Shown here: positions 39,521 to 52,952 of the stretch, one piece after another
Position numbering within the stretch: position 1 is the stretch's first letter
Layout: every line of letters starts with the position of its first letter
Assembly: GCF_964355755.1 (NCBI RefSeq)
Contig: NC_092680.1
Location: forward strand, 14,145,045 to 14,209,044
From: Antedon mediterranea
Lineage: Eukaryota; Animalia; Echinodermata
Direction: 5' to 3'
DNA: 64,000 bases
Translations under genes and position numbers: made by a program
The notes under the pieces: generated by a model
Told to the model about the DNA's origin: nothing
Databases searched by the model: none
What the model saw: only the letters and a program-made list of their open reading frames with translations

Positions 39521-42442
39521 GTAAGTTAATGAACAACTTCCTGGTTTTACCATACGTATATATATTTCTCTCTTGTCTGTATTGTTATTCTTAACGCTTT
39601 ATTAGGTTATATGCATTATCATGCATATAACCTCTTGATTCTGTCAAAATCTTTGTTTATTTATTCTTTCCTTAGCACTATTTTGTCCGTGAATTATCTT
39701 GATATCAGTTTCATCTAGCTAAGTCAATTTTTCAGAGTATATTCCTTATGGCCAGGAATCGATGTGGTTATGTTTTCACGGTGCGCAATCAAACATTACG
39801 CGGTCTACGCGCGATTTAATGAAATCACGTTTGTAATCATATCTTCACAAGCATGAATCATTTTTAAACAAAATTTGGTACTCATAAATGTCAGGTGATA
39901 TTTCATCATATGGCAATACGATTACGTGTGTAGCGCATATAACGCATGCGTACGCGCGCTGAAATGTTCAAAATTGTCAGAATTTATTTTTGATGAAATT
40001 AGACTACGTTTCAGGCAATTTTAAGCGTTTAAAAAACTACCATGAGTGCAGATTTTTGCGTGTCAAACGTTAATACGCACTTTTTTTGTCCGATTACTGT
40101 TGTATAACCTTTCTTTAATAATATCATCATATTTTATTCACTTTTCAACGCGAAACAGCGTTATACGAGCAAGTTAACGAGGTAAGTTAACAAAATGGTA
40201 AAAATATGCTAAATTTTAAAATTAATATATATCGTTAGAATGCTCGGGAACACCAATTTTTTAATTCATTTTCTTGAAGTGTATGTATCATATGTATGAT
40301 TTATTATGAAATTAAGAGAAAAAAAGTTGATTAAGTCATCATTAATGGCATATTAAATTTAAAAAAAATTATTTTGACAATCAAACAAATTATAACATTT
40401 TCTTAGGCCGAAATAACAAACTTAACATTAACTTTCTTCCTTAAGAAGTTCATATATTAAAGTTAAAAGTATATAGTTTGACAGTGCATCATTTGTTTAC
40501 ATTTTAAAGATGTCATCATAGTAAAAAATTATAATTCATTGCGGTATGTAATAATCTATTTGCACCAAACTGGTTACTGCATAGTAAATACACGGAGGAA
40601 TTTTTCTACAACTTTTAGTCAGTTGTGTATGGCTCGATGGTCTGTGCTCGTGTCTATGGCATTCAAGGTACCGAGATCGAGTCTCACCTTGGGAAACGAA
40701 ATAATATTTTTTTTTATTATCCGTATTGTTTGTTCAAATTTATTTCTTAGTGTATAGATTATACACATGATTTATAATGAAATCTAGATAAAAAGTAACT
40801 TATGTCTTTATTATTATGTAACAACAAATGTGGTTTATGACATTATACGCATATGGATCTTTGATCGGATTGTGATACCAGCTATGGTGTTCGCGTTAGC
40901 AAGGTCCTATCATATATTATAAATAAATAAAGATTCTGAGAAAACCAATCAATCAATATATCTTTTAAAAATCAATTATCTTTATTTAAATCAATGCATA
41001 TAACCTATAATTCGTCATAGTGACGAATTAAATCTAGTTTATTTATTCTTTCCTTAGCACTATTTTGTCCGTGAATTATCTTGATATCAGTTTCATCTAT
41101 CTAAGTCAATTTTTCAGAGTATATTCCTTATGGCCAGGAATCGATGTGGTTATGTTTTCACGGTGCGCAATCAATCATTATGCGGTCTACGCGCGATTTA
41201 ACGAAATCACGTTTGTAATCATATCTTCACAAGCATGAATCACAATTAAACAAAATTTGGTACTCATAAATGTCAGGTCATATTTCATCATATGGCAATA
41301 CAATTACGTGCGTAGCGCATATAACGCTTGCGTACGCGCGCTTAAAATGTTCAAAATTGTCAAAATTTATTTTCGATGAAATTAGAGTACGTTTCAGGCA
41401 ATTTTAGGCGTTTAAAAAATTGCCATGAGTGCGCAGATTTTTGCCCGATTTCTGTTTTACAGTCTTTCTTTAATAATATCATCATATTTGATCCACTTTT
41501 CAACTCGAAATTGCGTTATACGAGCACGTCAAAAGTGACAGGCTACGCACGTATAAGTTAACAAAATGGTGAAAATATGCTAAATTTTAAAATTAATATA
41601 TATCGTCAGAATGCTGGGGAACACCTATTTTTTGTTTCATTTTCTTGAAGTGTATGTATCATATGTTTGATTTATTATCAAATTAAGAGAACAAAAGTTT
41701 ATTAAGTCTTCATTAATTGCATATTAAATTTAAAAAAAATTATTTCGACAATCAAACAAATTATGACATTTTCTTAGGCCGAAATAACAAACTTAACATT
41801 AACTTTCTTTCTTAAAAAGTTCATATATTAAAGTTAAAAGTATATAGTTTGACAGTGCATCATTTTTTTACATTTTTAAAGATGTCATCATAGTAAAAAA
41901 TTATAATTCATTGCGGTATGTAATAATCTATTTGCACCAAAGTGGTTACTGCATAGTAAATAGACAGAGGAATTTTTCTACAACTTTTAGTCAGTTGTGT
42001 ATGGCTCGATGGTCTGTGCTCGTGTCTATGGCATTCAAGGTACCGAGATCGAGTCTCACCTTGGGAAACGAAATAAGATTTTTTTTTTTATTATCCGTAT
42101 TGTTTGTTCAAATTTATTTCTTAGTGTATAGATTATACACATGATTTATAATGAAATCTAGATAAAAAGTAACTTATGTCTTTATTATTATGTAACAACA
42201 AATGTGGTTTATGACATTATACGCATATGGATCTTTGACCGGATTGTGATACCGGCTAAGGTGTTCGCGTTAGCAAGGTCCTATCATATATTATAAATAA
42301 TTACAGATTCTGAGAAAATCAATCAATCAATATATCTTTTAAAAATCAATTATCTTTATTTAAATCAATGCATATAACCTATAATTCGTCATATAGTGAC
42401 GAATTAAATCTAGTTCTCTTTTTATAATGGTTTTATTGTTAG

Positions 42443-42550
42443 AAATTGTCAACAAGAAGCAGATAATGAAGCCACCGATAGATGTGATGTTGATGTAACT
42501 GACGGAATCCAACTACACCATGCGTACGAAAAATTTATATCGACTCAAAC
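42443..42550 (+). CDS. 108-bp exon, copy 7 (G>R variant)
   Basis: Intact AG/GT; GGA>AGA. Confidence 0.6.
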
Positions 42551-44104
42551 GTAAGTTATTGAACAACTTCCTGGTTTTACCATACGTATATATATTTCTC
42601 TCTTGTCTGTATTGTTATTCTTAACGCTTTATTAGGTTATATGCATTATCATGCATATAACCTCTTGATTCTGTCAAAATCTTTGTTTATTTATTCTTTC
42701 CTTAGCACTATTTTGTCCGTGAATTATCTTGATATCAGTTTCATCTAGCTAAGTCAATTTTTCAGAGTATATTCCTTATGGCCAGGAATCGATGTGGTTA
42801 TGTTTTCACGGTGCGCAATCAAACATTACGCGGTCTACGCGCGATTTAATGAAATCACGTTTGTAATCATATCTTCACAAGCATGAATCATTTTTAAACA
42901 AAATTTGGTACTCATAAATGTCAGGTCATATTTCATCATATGGCAATACGATTACGTGTGTAGCGCATATAACGCATTCGTACGCGCGCTTAAAATGTTC
43001 CAAATTGTCAGAATTTATTTTTGATGAAATTAGACTACGTTTCAGGCAATTTTAAGCGTTTAAAAAACTACCATGAGTGCAGATTTTTGCGCGTCAAACG
43101 TTAATACGCACTTTTTTTGTCCGATTACTGTTGTATAACCTTTCTTTAATAATATCATCATATTTTATTCACTTTTCAACGCGAAACAGCGTTATACGAG
43201 CAAGTTAACAAGGTAAGTTAACAAAATGGTAAAAATATGCTAAATTTTAAAATTAATATATATCGTCAGAATGCTGGGGAACACCAATTTTTTATTTCAT
43301 TTTCTTGAAGTGTATGTATCATATGTTTGATTTATTATCAAATTAAGAGAACAAAAGTTTATTAAATCTTCATTAATTGCATATTAAATTTAAAAAAAAT
43401 TATTTCGACAATCAAACAAATTATGACATTTTCTTAGGCCGAAATAACAAACTTAACATTAACTTTCTTTCTTAAGAAGTTCATATATTAAAGTTAAAAG
43501 TATATAGTTTGACAGTGCATCATTTTTTTACATTTTTAAAGATGTTATCATAGTAAAAAAATTATAATTCATTGCGGTATGTAATAATCTATTTGCACCA
43601 AAGTGGTTACTGCATAGTAAATACACAGAGGAATTTTTCTACAACTTTTAGTCAGTTGTGTATGGCTCGATGGTCTGTGCTCGTGTCTATGGCATTCAAG
43701 GTACCGAGATCGGGTCTCACCTTGGGAAACGAAATAAGATTTTTTTTTTTTATTATCCGTATTGTTTGTTCAAATTTATTTCTTAGTGTATAGATTATAC
43801 ACATGATTTATAATGAAATCTAGATAAAAAGTAACTTATGTCTTTATTATTATGTAACAACAAATGTGGTTTATGACATTATACGCATATGGATCTTTGA
43901 CCGGATTGTGATACCGGCTAAGGTGTTCGCGTTAGCAAGGTCCTATCATATATTATAAATAATTACAGATTCTGAGAAAATCAATCAATCAATATATCTT
44001 TTAAAAATCAATTATCTTTATTTAAATCAATGCAAATAACCTATAATTCGTCATATAGTGACGAATTAAATCTAGTTCTCTTTTTATAATGGTTTTATTG
44101 TTAG

Positions 44105-44212
44105 AAATTGTCAACAAGAAGCAGATAATGAAGCCACCGATGGATGTGATGTTGATGTAACTGACGGAATCCAACTACACCATGCGTACGAAAAATTTAT
44201 ATCGACTCAAAC
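44105..44212 (+). CDS. 108-bp exon, copy 8
   Basis: Intact AG/GT and open frame. Confidence 0.6.
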
Positions 44213-45612
44213 GTAAGTTAATGAACAACTTCCTGGTTTTACCATACGTATATATATTTCTCTCTTGTCTGTATTGTTATTCTTAACGCTTTATTAGGTT
44301 ATATGCATTATCATGCATATAACCTCTTGATTCTGTCAAAATCTTTGTTTATTTATTCTTTCCTTAGCACTATTTTGTCCGTGAATTATCTTGATATCAG
44401 TTTCATCTAGCTAAGTCAATTTTTCAGAGTATATTCCTTATGGCCAGGAATCGATGTGGTTATGTTTTCACGGTGCGCAATCAAACATTACGCGGTCTAC
44501 GCGCGATTTAATGAAATCACGTTTGTAATCATATCTTCACAAGCATGAATCATTTTTAAACAAAATTTGGTACTCATAAATTTCAGGTCATATTTCATCA
44601 TATGGCAATACGATTACGTGTGTAGCGCATATAACGCATGCGTACGCGCGCTTAAAATGTTCAAAATTGTCAGAATTTATTTTTGATGAAATTAGACTAC
44701 GTTTCAGGCAATTTTAAGCGTTTAAAAAACTACCATGAGTGCAGATTTTTGCGCGTCAAACGTTAATACGCACTTTTTTTGTCCGATTACTGTTGTATAA
44801 CCTTTCTTTAATAATATCATCATATTTTATTCACTTTTCAACGCGAAACAGCGTTATACGAGCAAGTTAACGAGGTAAGTTAACAAAATGGTAAAAATAT
44901 GCTAAATTTTAAAATTAATATATATCGTTAGAATGCTCGGGAACACCATTTTTTTATTTCATTTTCTTGAAGTGTATGTATCATATGTATGATTTATTAT
45001 GAAATTAAGAGAAAAAAAGTTGATTAAGTCATCATTAATGGCATATTAAATTTAAAAAAAATTATTTTGACAATCAAACAATTTATAACATTTTCTTAGG
45101 CCGAAATAACAAACTTAACATTAACTTTCTTCCTTAAGAAGTTCATATATTAAAGTTAAAAGTATATAGTTTGACAGTGCATCATTTAAAAAAATTTTTA
45201 AAGATGTCATCATAGTAAAACATTATAATTCATTGCGGTATGTAATAATCTATCTGCACCAAAGTGGTTACTGCATAGTAAATACACTGAGGAATTTTTC
45301 CATAACTTTTAGTCAGTTGTGTATGGCTCGATGGTCTGAGCTCGTGTCTATGGCATTCAAGGTACCGAGATCGAGTCTCATCTTGGGAAACGAAATAAGA
45401 TTTTTTTTATTATCCGTATTGTTTGTTCAAATTTATTTCTTAGTGTATAGATTATACACATGATTTACCTCCGCCAAGGAGGTATATGTAATCTGTCTGT
45501 TTGTTACTTGGCAAAAAAGAATTTTGCCAAGTATAGTATTCACTTTATTTGTATGTATGTTTGTATGTTTGTATGTTTGTTACTTGGCCAAATTGAAAAT
45601 TGGCCAAGTATG

Positions 45613-48600
45613 TTTTTTTTTTTTTTTTTTTCATTTTTTTTTTATTCATTTCAAAAAATACAACCATAACACAAATCACTTAAATATAAAGTAATAGGTA
45701 TCAAAAAGATATGAACGTTTAAATAAAGTAACTTACAGTGATCAAACAATATTAAAAACTATAAATTATTAATTCCATTTTTTTTTTAAAGTAAATAATT
45801 AATTAATTTGGTAAATGCTGTGTTTTCCACAATTATGTAACTAATCTAACTAAATATAATTGTATTAATCAAATTAGCCAGAGATATACATTTACTAACA
45901 TATTAATTTTTTTTTTTGTCTTTACATAGCAATAATAAATAATACTCATATTTATACATACACATACATACACACAAATATATCTTAATCTGTACTATTA
46001 CCAAGGAACTATAATATAATTGTGTTAATTAAAATCAGATACATACATTTAACAACATAACCATTTTTGTTTCTTTAAAATAATACATATATATTAATAA
46101 AATACATATTTTTAATTTTTTAATTATCTGTATTGTAACCAAGGAACTAATAGTATGCCTATAATAAATACTTGAATATATCTAACAAGTGCAAATAATA
46201 ATTTCTGGTTTACATTTTAATTTAATACAATAATAAAGAGCAAGCGTAATAATAATAATAATACACAAAAGTAAGTCATTTCCTCGAGAAACAGTATCGT
46301 TAAGTTATCAAATATAATCTTCTATTAATCTCCACTTTTGTCTGAAATTATACAATGTACTTCTTTTAGAAGCAATGTTTTTCTCTACGTTATAATTAAA
46401 TTTTAACCGATTAAAGAAAACCTGGAAGACTGGCTTTTTGTGAGTTAATTTGTAACTAAATATAATTTTCTTAATCAACAAAATACATAGATTTAATAAC
46501 ATATCAGGATTTTCTGTATTGTAACCAAATAATATGGAGGTTTTATCAAGGTAAATCTTTGTTTTTGAAATGTTTTCCCACCAAGTTGTGAATTCCTCCC
46601 ATAGTTTGGTTGCAATGTTACATTCAACCAAAAGATGGGTCATAGTTTCACTATTTGATTCACAATAGGAACACATATTACTCGCCACAATATTCATTTT
46701 ATGTAGTCTACTATTAGTTGACAAGCAATTCACATTAATTTTATACTGAAATATTCTGGTTCTTACCTCCTGAGAACATTTAAATGGTAATACATATATA
46801 TTTTCCCATTTATCGCTATCTACACCTAATTCATCCTGCAATTTACTTTGAGATGTTGGTATTTTAAAGATTTTTTTAATTAAGGCTCTGTATATATTTT
46901 TTGTACTCATACTTTCTAATTCTTTCTCTTCATTCTTTACTTCCACTATAAACCCTCTCTTTTTATAATTTGTTCGTAAAAACCCTAGCTTCATGTTTGC
47001 TTTCCACTGTGGGGGTATTGCAGATATCGTCATTCTCCAGTGCATGAAATTACTTGTCGATAAGCCTCTCTTTATCCACGTATTAAAGGGAATGATATTA
47101 CCGTTTTCATAAAAAAGGTCGCTTACTAAACATATCCCAACATCTCTGAGGCTCTTGTAATAAAATGGCTTGCCATGTATATGCATGTGCCTATTAAACC
47201 ATATATATTGGGACCCTTCGTTTACTGTATCAGGATGTATTAATTCGAAATAAGCGTTTAACATATCCTTATAAAACAATGGAATATTTTTCCAACTACG
47301 GACACAGTCCGCGCTTACATTACAATAAAAAATAGTGTCGCCTCCTTGCTTATTTAGGAACCTATGTAGTAGAGATCTCCATGCTGCATTGACATTTATG
47401 TTATATCGTTGTATCCATTTTATCTTTAATGCCTTAAACATACTTTTGATATCTACCATTTTTAAGCCGCCTTCTTCAATATTCCCAATTAATGTTGTTC
47501 TTTTTATCATACCTTTACCACCGTTCCATAAGAAATTAAATAGAATTGTTTCAATTGATTTAACTACATTGGGGCGGTATATGTATGACAGATGCTAAAT
47601 ATATAAATTGGGATATTGCGAATGTTTTAATTAAAATTATTTTTCCTGCTAAGGTTAGTTGTCTGGTTCTCCATATGTTTAATATTGTTTTTAGTTGTTT
47701 AATTTTCGTTTCGAAATTACATTTTTCCCGTTGTCTTTCATTATAAGAAAAGTAAACTCCTAATGCTTTTACTGGTTGTTGTGGCCATTGCATATGTATT
47801 GGTTTGTTTTTACATCGCCTATTTGAACCAAGCCATATAGCCTGCGATTTGCTTATATTTAATTTCAAGCCCGATATTTTTGAAAATTTCTCTATTAAGT
47901 TAATTATATTTTTTGCTGACACTTCATCTTTCAAAAAGCATGTGGAGTTGTCTGCATATTGAGTTATTTTAATTTCTCTATTATTTACTGCAATCCCCTT
48001 AATAGTTTTATCGTCTCGTATGGCACATGCTAGTAATTCTATTGATAGGATAAATAAGTAAGGGCTGAGGGGGTCACCCTGTCGTACACCCCTTCCAACT
48101 GGAAAATAACTTGATGACTGCCCATTATTTATCACGCAACTACTTATATCAGTATATAATGCTTTTATGAATTGAATAAATTTTTCTCCGAGGTTTACTT
48201 TTTTTAAAACCTGAAACAAAAAACCCCATTCAAGCGAATCGAATGCTTTTTCATAGTCCAAAAAAAGCATAATTCCTGGAATATTTTTTATTTTGGTAAA
48301 CTCCATAATATCTTCAATTGTTCGTACTGACTCGCCAATGTATCGGCCCTTTACAAAACCGGTTTGATCAATGTGGATAAGGGAAGGAATAAACTGGCTC
48401 AATCTAGTGGATAGTGCTTTCGATGCTATTTTGTAGTCCACATTTAGTAATGATATGGGTCTCCAATTCTTTAATTTGCATCGGTCTTTGCCTTCTTTTT
48501 CAATAAGAGTTATTACCGCCTGTCTCTGTGAGGTACTCATTTTTCCGCTATTTAAACCTATATTAAGTGTTTTTACCATTATTGGACCTATAATATCCCA

Positions 48601-49218
48601 GAATTTTAAATACCATTCGTTTGATAAACCGTCATTACCAGGGCTTTTATTTTGTGGCATGCTTTTTAGGGCATTGTAACATTCTCGAATTGTCAGGTCT
48701 CCTTCACAGATTATATTACTTTCTTCAGTTAAAGTTGGGATACTTTCGCTATTGAAAAAACTGTTATCTGTAAGACTTTCATTTATTTGAGTATTCGATT
48801 TGTATATTTTTTCGTAATAATCTTTTTGTAAATTTAATATATCTTGTGGATTAGTTATTTCTATCTCTGCATCTGTTATTATTTTTTTACATTGTTTTTT
48901 TCTATTATTCCTTTTTTCTAAACCTAGGAAATATTTATTGCTTTTTTCTCCTTCTTCTGCCCATTTAATCCTCGATCTTACAATAAGGCCATTGATCAGC
49001 TGTGCATCCAGCTCCTCTAGCTCCAGTTTAACTCTCTCTAATTCTAATAAATTTATTTCACTTGGATCTTCTGCGACTTTAATGTCCAGTTGGATCATTT
49101 TCAAATTCAGTTCTTCTATTTTATTTTTATTTTTTTTACATTGTTTTTTGGAATAATTAATCGTTTTTTCCCTACATTTAAATTTTAGCCACTCCCATTT
49201 GACTTGCTCGTCTGATAA
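45613..49218 (-). mobile_element. 5'-truncated L1/Tx1-clade LINE with poly(A) tail and TSD
   Basis: T tract from 45613; TSD gccaagtatg at 45603-45612 and 49219-49228; the uninterrupted target is visible at 49861-49880. Confidence 0.9.
46308..49218 (-). pseudogene. L1/Tx1 ORF2 fragment: reverse transcriptase and CCHC zinc finger
   Basis: KWEWLKFKCRE, RSRIKWAEEGEKSNKYF, KSPGNDGL, NWRPISLLNVDYKI, GVRQGDPLSP, YADN (YADD altered), CSYC..ETMTHLLVEC; frameshift near 47570; endonuclease absent. Confidence 0.92.
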
Positions 49219-52200
49219 GCCAAGTATGTTGATTGGTGCGGTTTGTGTGTGTGTGTGTTTGTTTGTTTGTCATCACTCTAGCGCTCACAATTTTGATTCG
49301 AATGACTCCAAAGGACAACACTGCCCAATTTTGGTTAAAATCCGGACCACAGTCCCAATTCTGGACCACTTTTAAAAATTATTTTCAGACCTGCTAGTGT
49401 TAAAAGATAGGACAGAATTATCAAAAGCCGGTGAGCAGTCTTAAATTAACAAGTAAACTTAAATTGCATTTTCTCGGGAACTACTTGTCCAAAAAACTTC
49501 ATTTTTGTACAAGAGGCAAGAGTTATAATTTGTGATTTGTAATTTTAAAACTGAATTAGATTTAATATAGAGGTTTTTTGATGCGAGTAGTTTACAAAAC
49601 CTATTTCTTTTCAAATTCACCCGTGTGTTTTTCGCGTTGCTGTTCTATTGTTAGCCGACTGAAGCTATTGTTCGTTGAAAGGCTGGTTACATAACCTGTA
49701 CACCAAACTCGTATACACATGATTGTAGTGAAATTAGCCTAAATCACACAGCATAAGACACACACTTTTGGTGAAAATTTGGTCAATGTCAGGAGGCCAA
49801 TTTTGATTTGGCCAAGTATCGCGCTAAGCGCGAAGGCTAGTTACTTGGCCAAATTGAAAATTGGCCAAGTATGTTGATTGGTGCGGTTTGTGTGTGTGTG
49901 TGTGTTTGTTTGTTTGTCATCACTCTAGCGCTCACAATTTTGATTCGAATGACTCCAAATTACTACCATACATGTCACCTGGTGCAAGGACGACACTGCC
50001 CAATTTTGGTTAAAATCCGGACCACGGTCTCAATTCTGGACCACTTTTAAAAATTATTTTCAGACCTGCTAGTGTTAAAAGATAGGACAGAATTATCAAA
50101 AGCCGGTGAGTAGTCTTAAATTAACAAGTAAACTTAAATTGCATTTTCTCGGGAACTACTTGTCCAAAAAACTTCATTTTTGTACAAGAGGCAAGAGTTA
50201 TAATTTGTGATTTGTAATTTTAAAACTGAATTAGATTTAATATAGAGTTTTTTTGATGCGAGTAGTTTACAAAACCTATTTCAAAGTTATTTATTTTCAA
50301 ATTCACCAGTGTGTTTTTTCCGCGTGCTGTTCTATTGTTCGGTTTGTGTGTGTGTTTGTCATCGCTCTATCGCTCACAATGGTAAATACACATAGGAATC
50401 TTTCTTCAAATGTTAGTCAGTTGTGTATGGCTCGGTGGTCTGTGCTGGTGTCTACAGCATTTAAGTTACCGAGATCGAGTCTCACCTTGGGAAATGAAAC
50501 GAAATCAGATTTTTTTTTATTGTTTGTTCAAGTATATTTCTTAGTATATAAATTATACGGCTGATTTATAATTAAATCTAGAGAAATTATGTCTCTATTT
50601 TCATGTTACATGGGAGGTTTATGACATATACTGAACTTTGATCGGGTTAAAATCGGTCAAGGTCAAGTTTGTTTAGGAGGCCAATTTTGATTTGGCCAAG
50701 TATCGCGCTATGCGCGAAGGCTAGTTTGTTTGTTACTTGGCCAAATTGAAAATTGGCCAAGTGATCTGTTTGGTTTGTGTGTGTGTTTGTTTGTTTGTCA
50801 TCACTCTAGCGCTCACAGTTTTGATTCGATGACTCCAAATTACTACCATACATGTCACTTTGTGCAAGGATGACACCGCCCAATTTTGGTTAAAATCCGG
50901 ACCACGGTCCCAATTCTGGACCACTTTTAAAAATTATGTTCACCTGCTAGTGTTAAAAGGTAGGACAGAATTATCAAAATCCGGTGTAGTCTTAAATTAA
51001 CAAGTAAACTTAAATTGCATTTTCTCGGGAACTACTTGTCCAAAAAACTTCATTTTTGTACAAGAGGCAAGAGTTATAATTTGTGATTTGTAATTTTGAA
51101 ACTTAATTAGATTTAATATAGAGGTTTTTTGATGCGAGTAGTTTACAAAAACCTATTTCTTTTCAAATTCACCCGTGTGTCTTTCGCGTTGCTGTTCTAT
51201 TGTTAGCCGACTGAAGCTACAGTATTGTTCGTTGAAAAGCTGGTTACATAACCTGTACACCAAACTCGTATACACATGATTCTAGTGAAATTAGCCTAAA
51301 TTACACAGCATAAGACACACACTTTTGGTGAAAATTGGGTCAATGTCAGGAAGCCAATTTTGATTTGGCCAAGTATCGCGCTATGCGCGAAGGCTAGTTT
51401 GTTTGTTAGCACGATAGCGCCTACAGTTTTCAAGTTATCGTTCTGAATTTTTGGGTGTTGATAGGTATATATTGTCAGACCATGCCTATTGAAAATCAAC
51501 AAAATTGGTTTATTAATAACTTCACAAATAACAAAAATGATATTATTTTCAGACCGGCTAGTGTTAAAAGATAGGAGACAATTTTCAAAAGCCGGCGAGC
51601 AGTCTTAAAGTAACAAGTGTACTGAAATTGCATTTTCTCGAGAACTACTTGTCCAAAAAACATCATTTTTGTACAAGAGGCAAGAGTTATAAATTGTGAT
51701 TTTTAATTTTAAAACAAAAGTTGATTCAGTGTACCAGCTTTTTTATACGAGTAGTTTTAAAAAAAACCTATTTCTTTTCAAATTCACCCGTTTGGTTTTG
51801 GCGTTGCTGTTCTATTGTTATTCAAATTAAACTATTGTAAGTTGATAAGTAGTTTTGTTAGCACCAGCGTGTGTCCTTCCTTATTTCATCAGGTATACTT
51901 ACAGAACATGCCTATTGATTTTCAGGTAAATTGATATATTACTACATGGGTTAAGGCAGAGGCGCCGCAAATCGGTACAGCTTCAAGACACTCATCGACC
52001 ATTATTCTGGTCAAACTTGATTTTAGAAAGGTCATTGTTGCAATGCCGGAATTGTTTGCATTAAAAATTATTTAAACAAATTATTAACCTTATCAGTATT
52101 TTAACCATGTAAAGATAATACCTAAAGCAAAAATTGTATCTTTCAACATGCTCCCAGTCAGTGGATATATTTTGCCAAGTACTTCACTCAGTTTCTGAGT

Positions 52201-52952
52201 GCTTTCATATGTTTGTTAGCAGGATTACTCAAAAAGTAATTACAAGATCTTTACCAAAATGAATTTACAGATAGATATGTGGTCAAGGACCATTCCATTA
52301 AATTTTGGGACCATTTGGGACCACAGTTCCAATTCTGGACCACTTTTTAGTATACTTTTTCAGACCTGCTAGTGTTAAAAGATAGGACAGAATTTTTCAA
52401 AAGCCGGCGAGCAGTCTTAAAGTAACAAGTAAACTGAAATTGCATTTACTCGAGAACTACTTGTCAAAAAAACTTCATTTTTGAACAAGAGGCAAGAGTT
52501 ATAATTTGTGATTTGTAATTTTAAAACATAATTTGATTTAATGGGCACGTTTTTTGATGCGAGTAGTTTAAAAAACCTATTTCTTTTCAAATTCACTCGT
52601 TTGATTTTCGCGTTGCTGTTCTATTGTTAGTCAACTGAAGCTATTGTTAATTGAAAGGCTTGTTACATAACCATTGCACCAAACTCGCATACACATGCTT
52701 GTAATGAAATTAGCCTAAATCACAAACAGCACACACACACAAATATATATATATTTTTTAACACTTTCTGTCCATAATAGGGACTAGAGGGCGCTGTTGT
52801 TTGTCCATAATAGGTGACATTCATAATTGGCTGTCCACAAGGGGAGTTTATTGCAGTAGTTCGCCATCCATTGTGTTGTCCATAATAGGTGATTTTTTTT
52901 GGCGTTCTCGATCGTGCGTACGTAGTTTATTTCGCGAGTAGAAGTAATCCTA

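Larger units (their letters stand above)
19625..45466 (+). repeat. Modular tandem array, 8 units of exon + HINE A/B +/- Helitron
   Basis: Exon-to-exon spacings 4317, 4349, 4155, 2783, 4155, 3030 and 1662 bp; units near-identical. Confidence 0.97.
45464..52740 (+). mobile_element. Nest of HINE-type elements of several families
   Basis: Stacked 5' palindromes ttacctccgccaaggaggt (45464), ttacttggcaaaa..ttttgccaagta (45504), ttacttggccaaattgaaaattggccaagt (45580, 49841, 50733); 3' ends ttggccaagtatcgcgcta.gcgcgaaggctagtt (~49840, 50725, 51398). Right boundary approximate. Confidence 0.75.

Noticed and set aside
20781-45463. Recurring short ORFs (MRYVIIY.., MKLEYVS.., MQKLRYK.., MGRHLGP..)
   Set aside because: They lie in non-coding HINE/Helitron bodies, recur only because of the array, and some use TTG starts or shift frame at poly-T runs.
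19625-45466. CRISPR-like or LTR-retrotransposon interpretation of the array
   Set aside because: Units are kb-sized and near-identical with no unique spacers, no TG..CA LTRs and no gag/pol.
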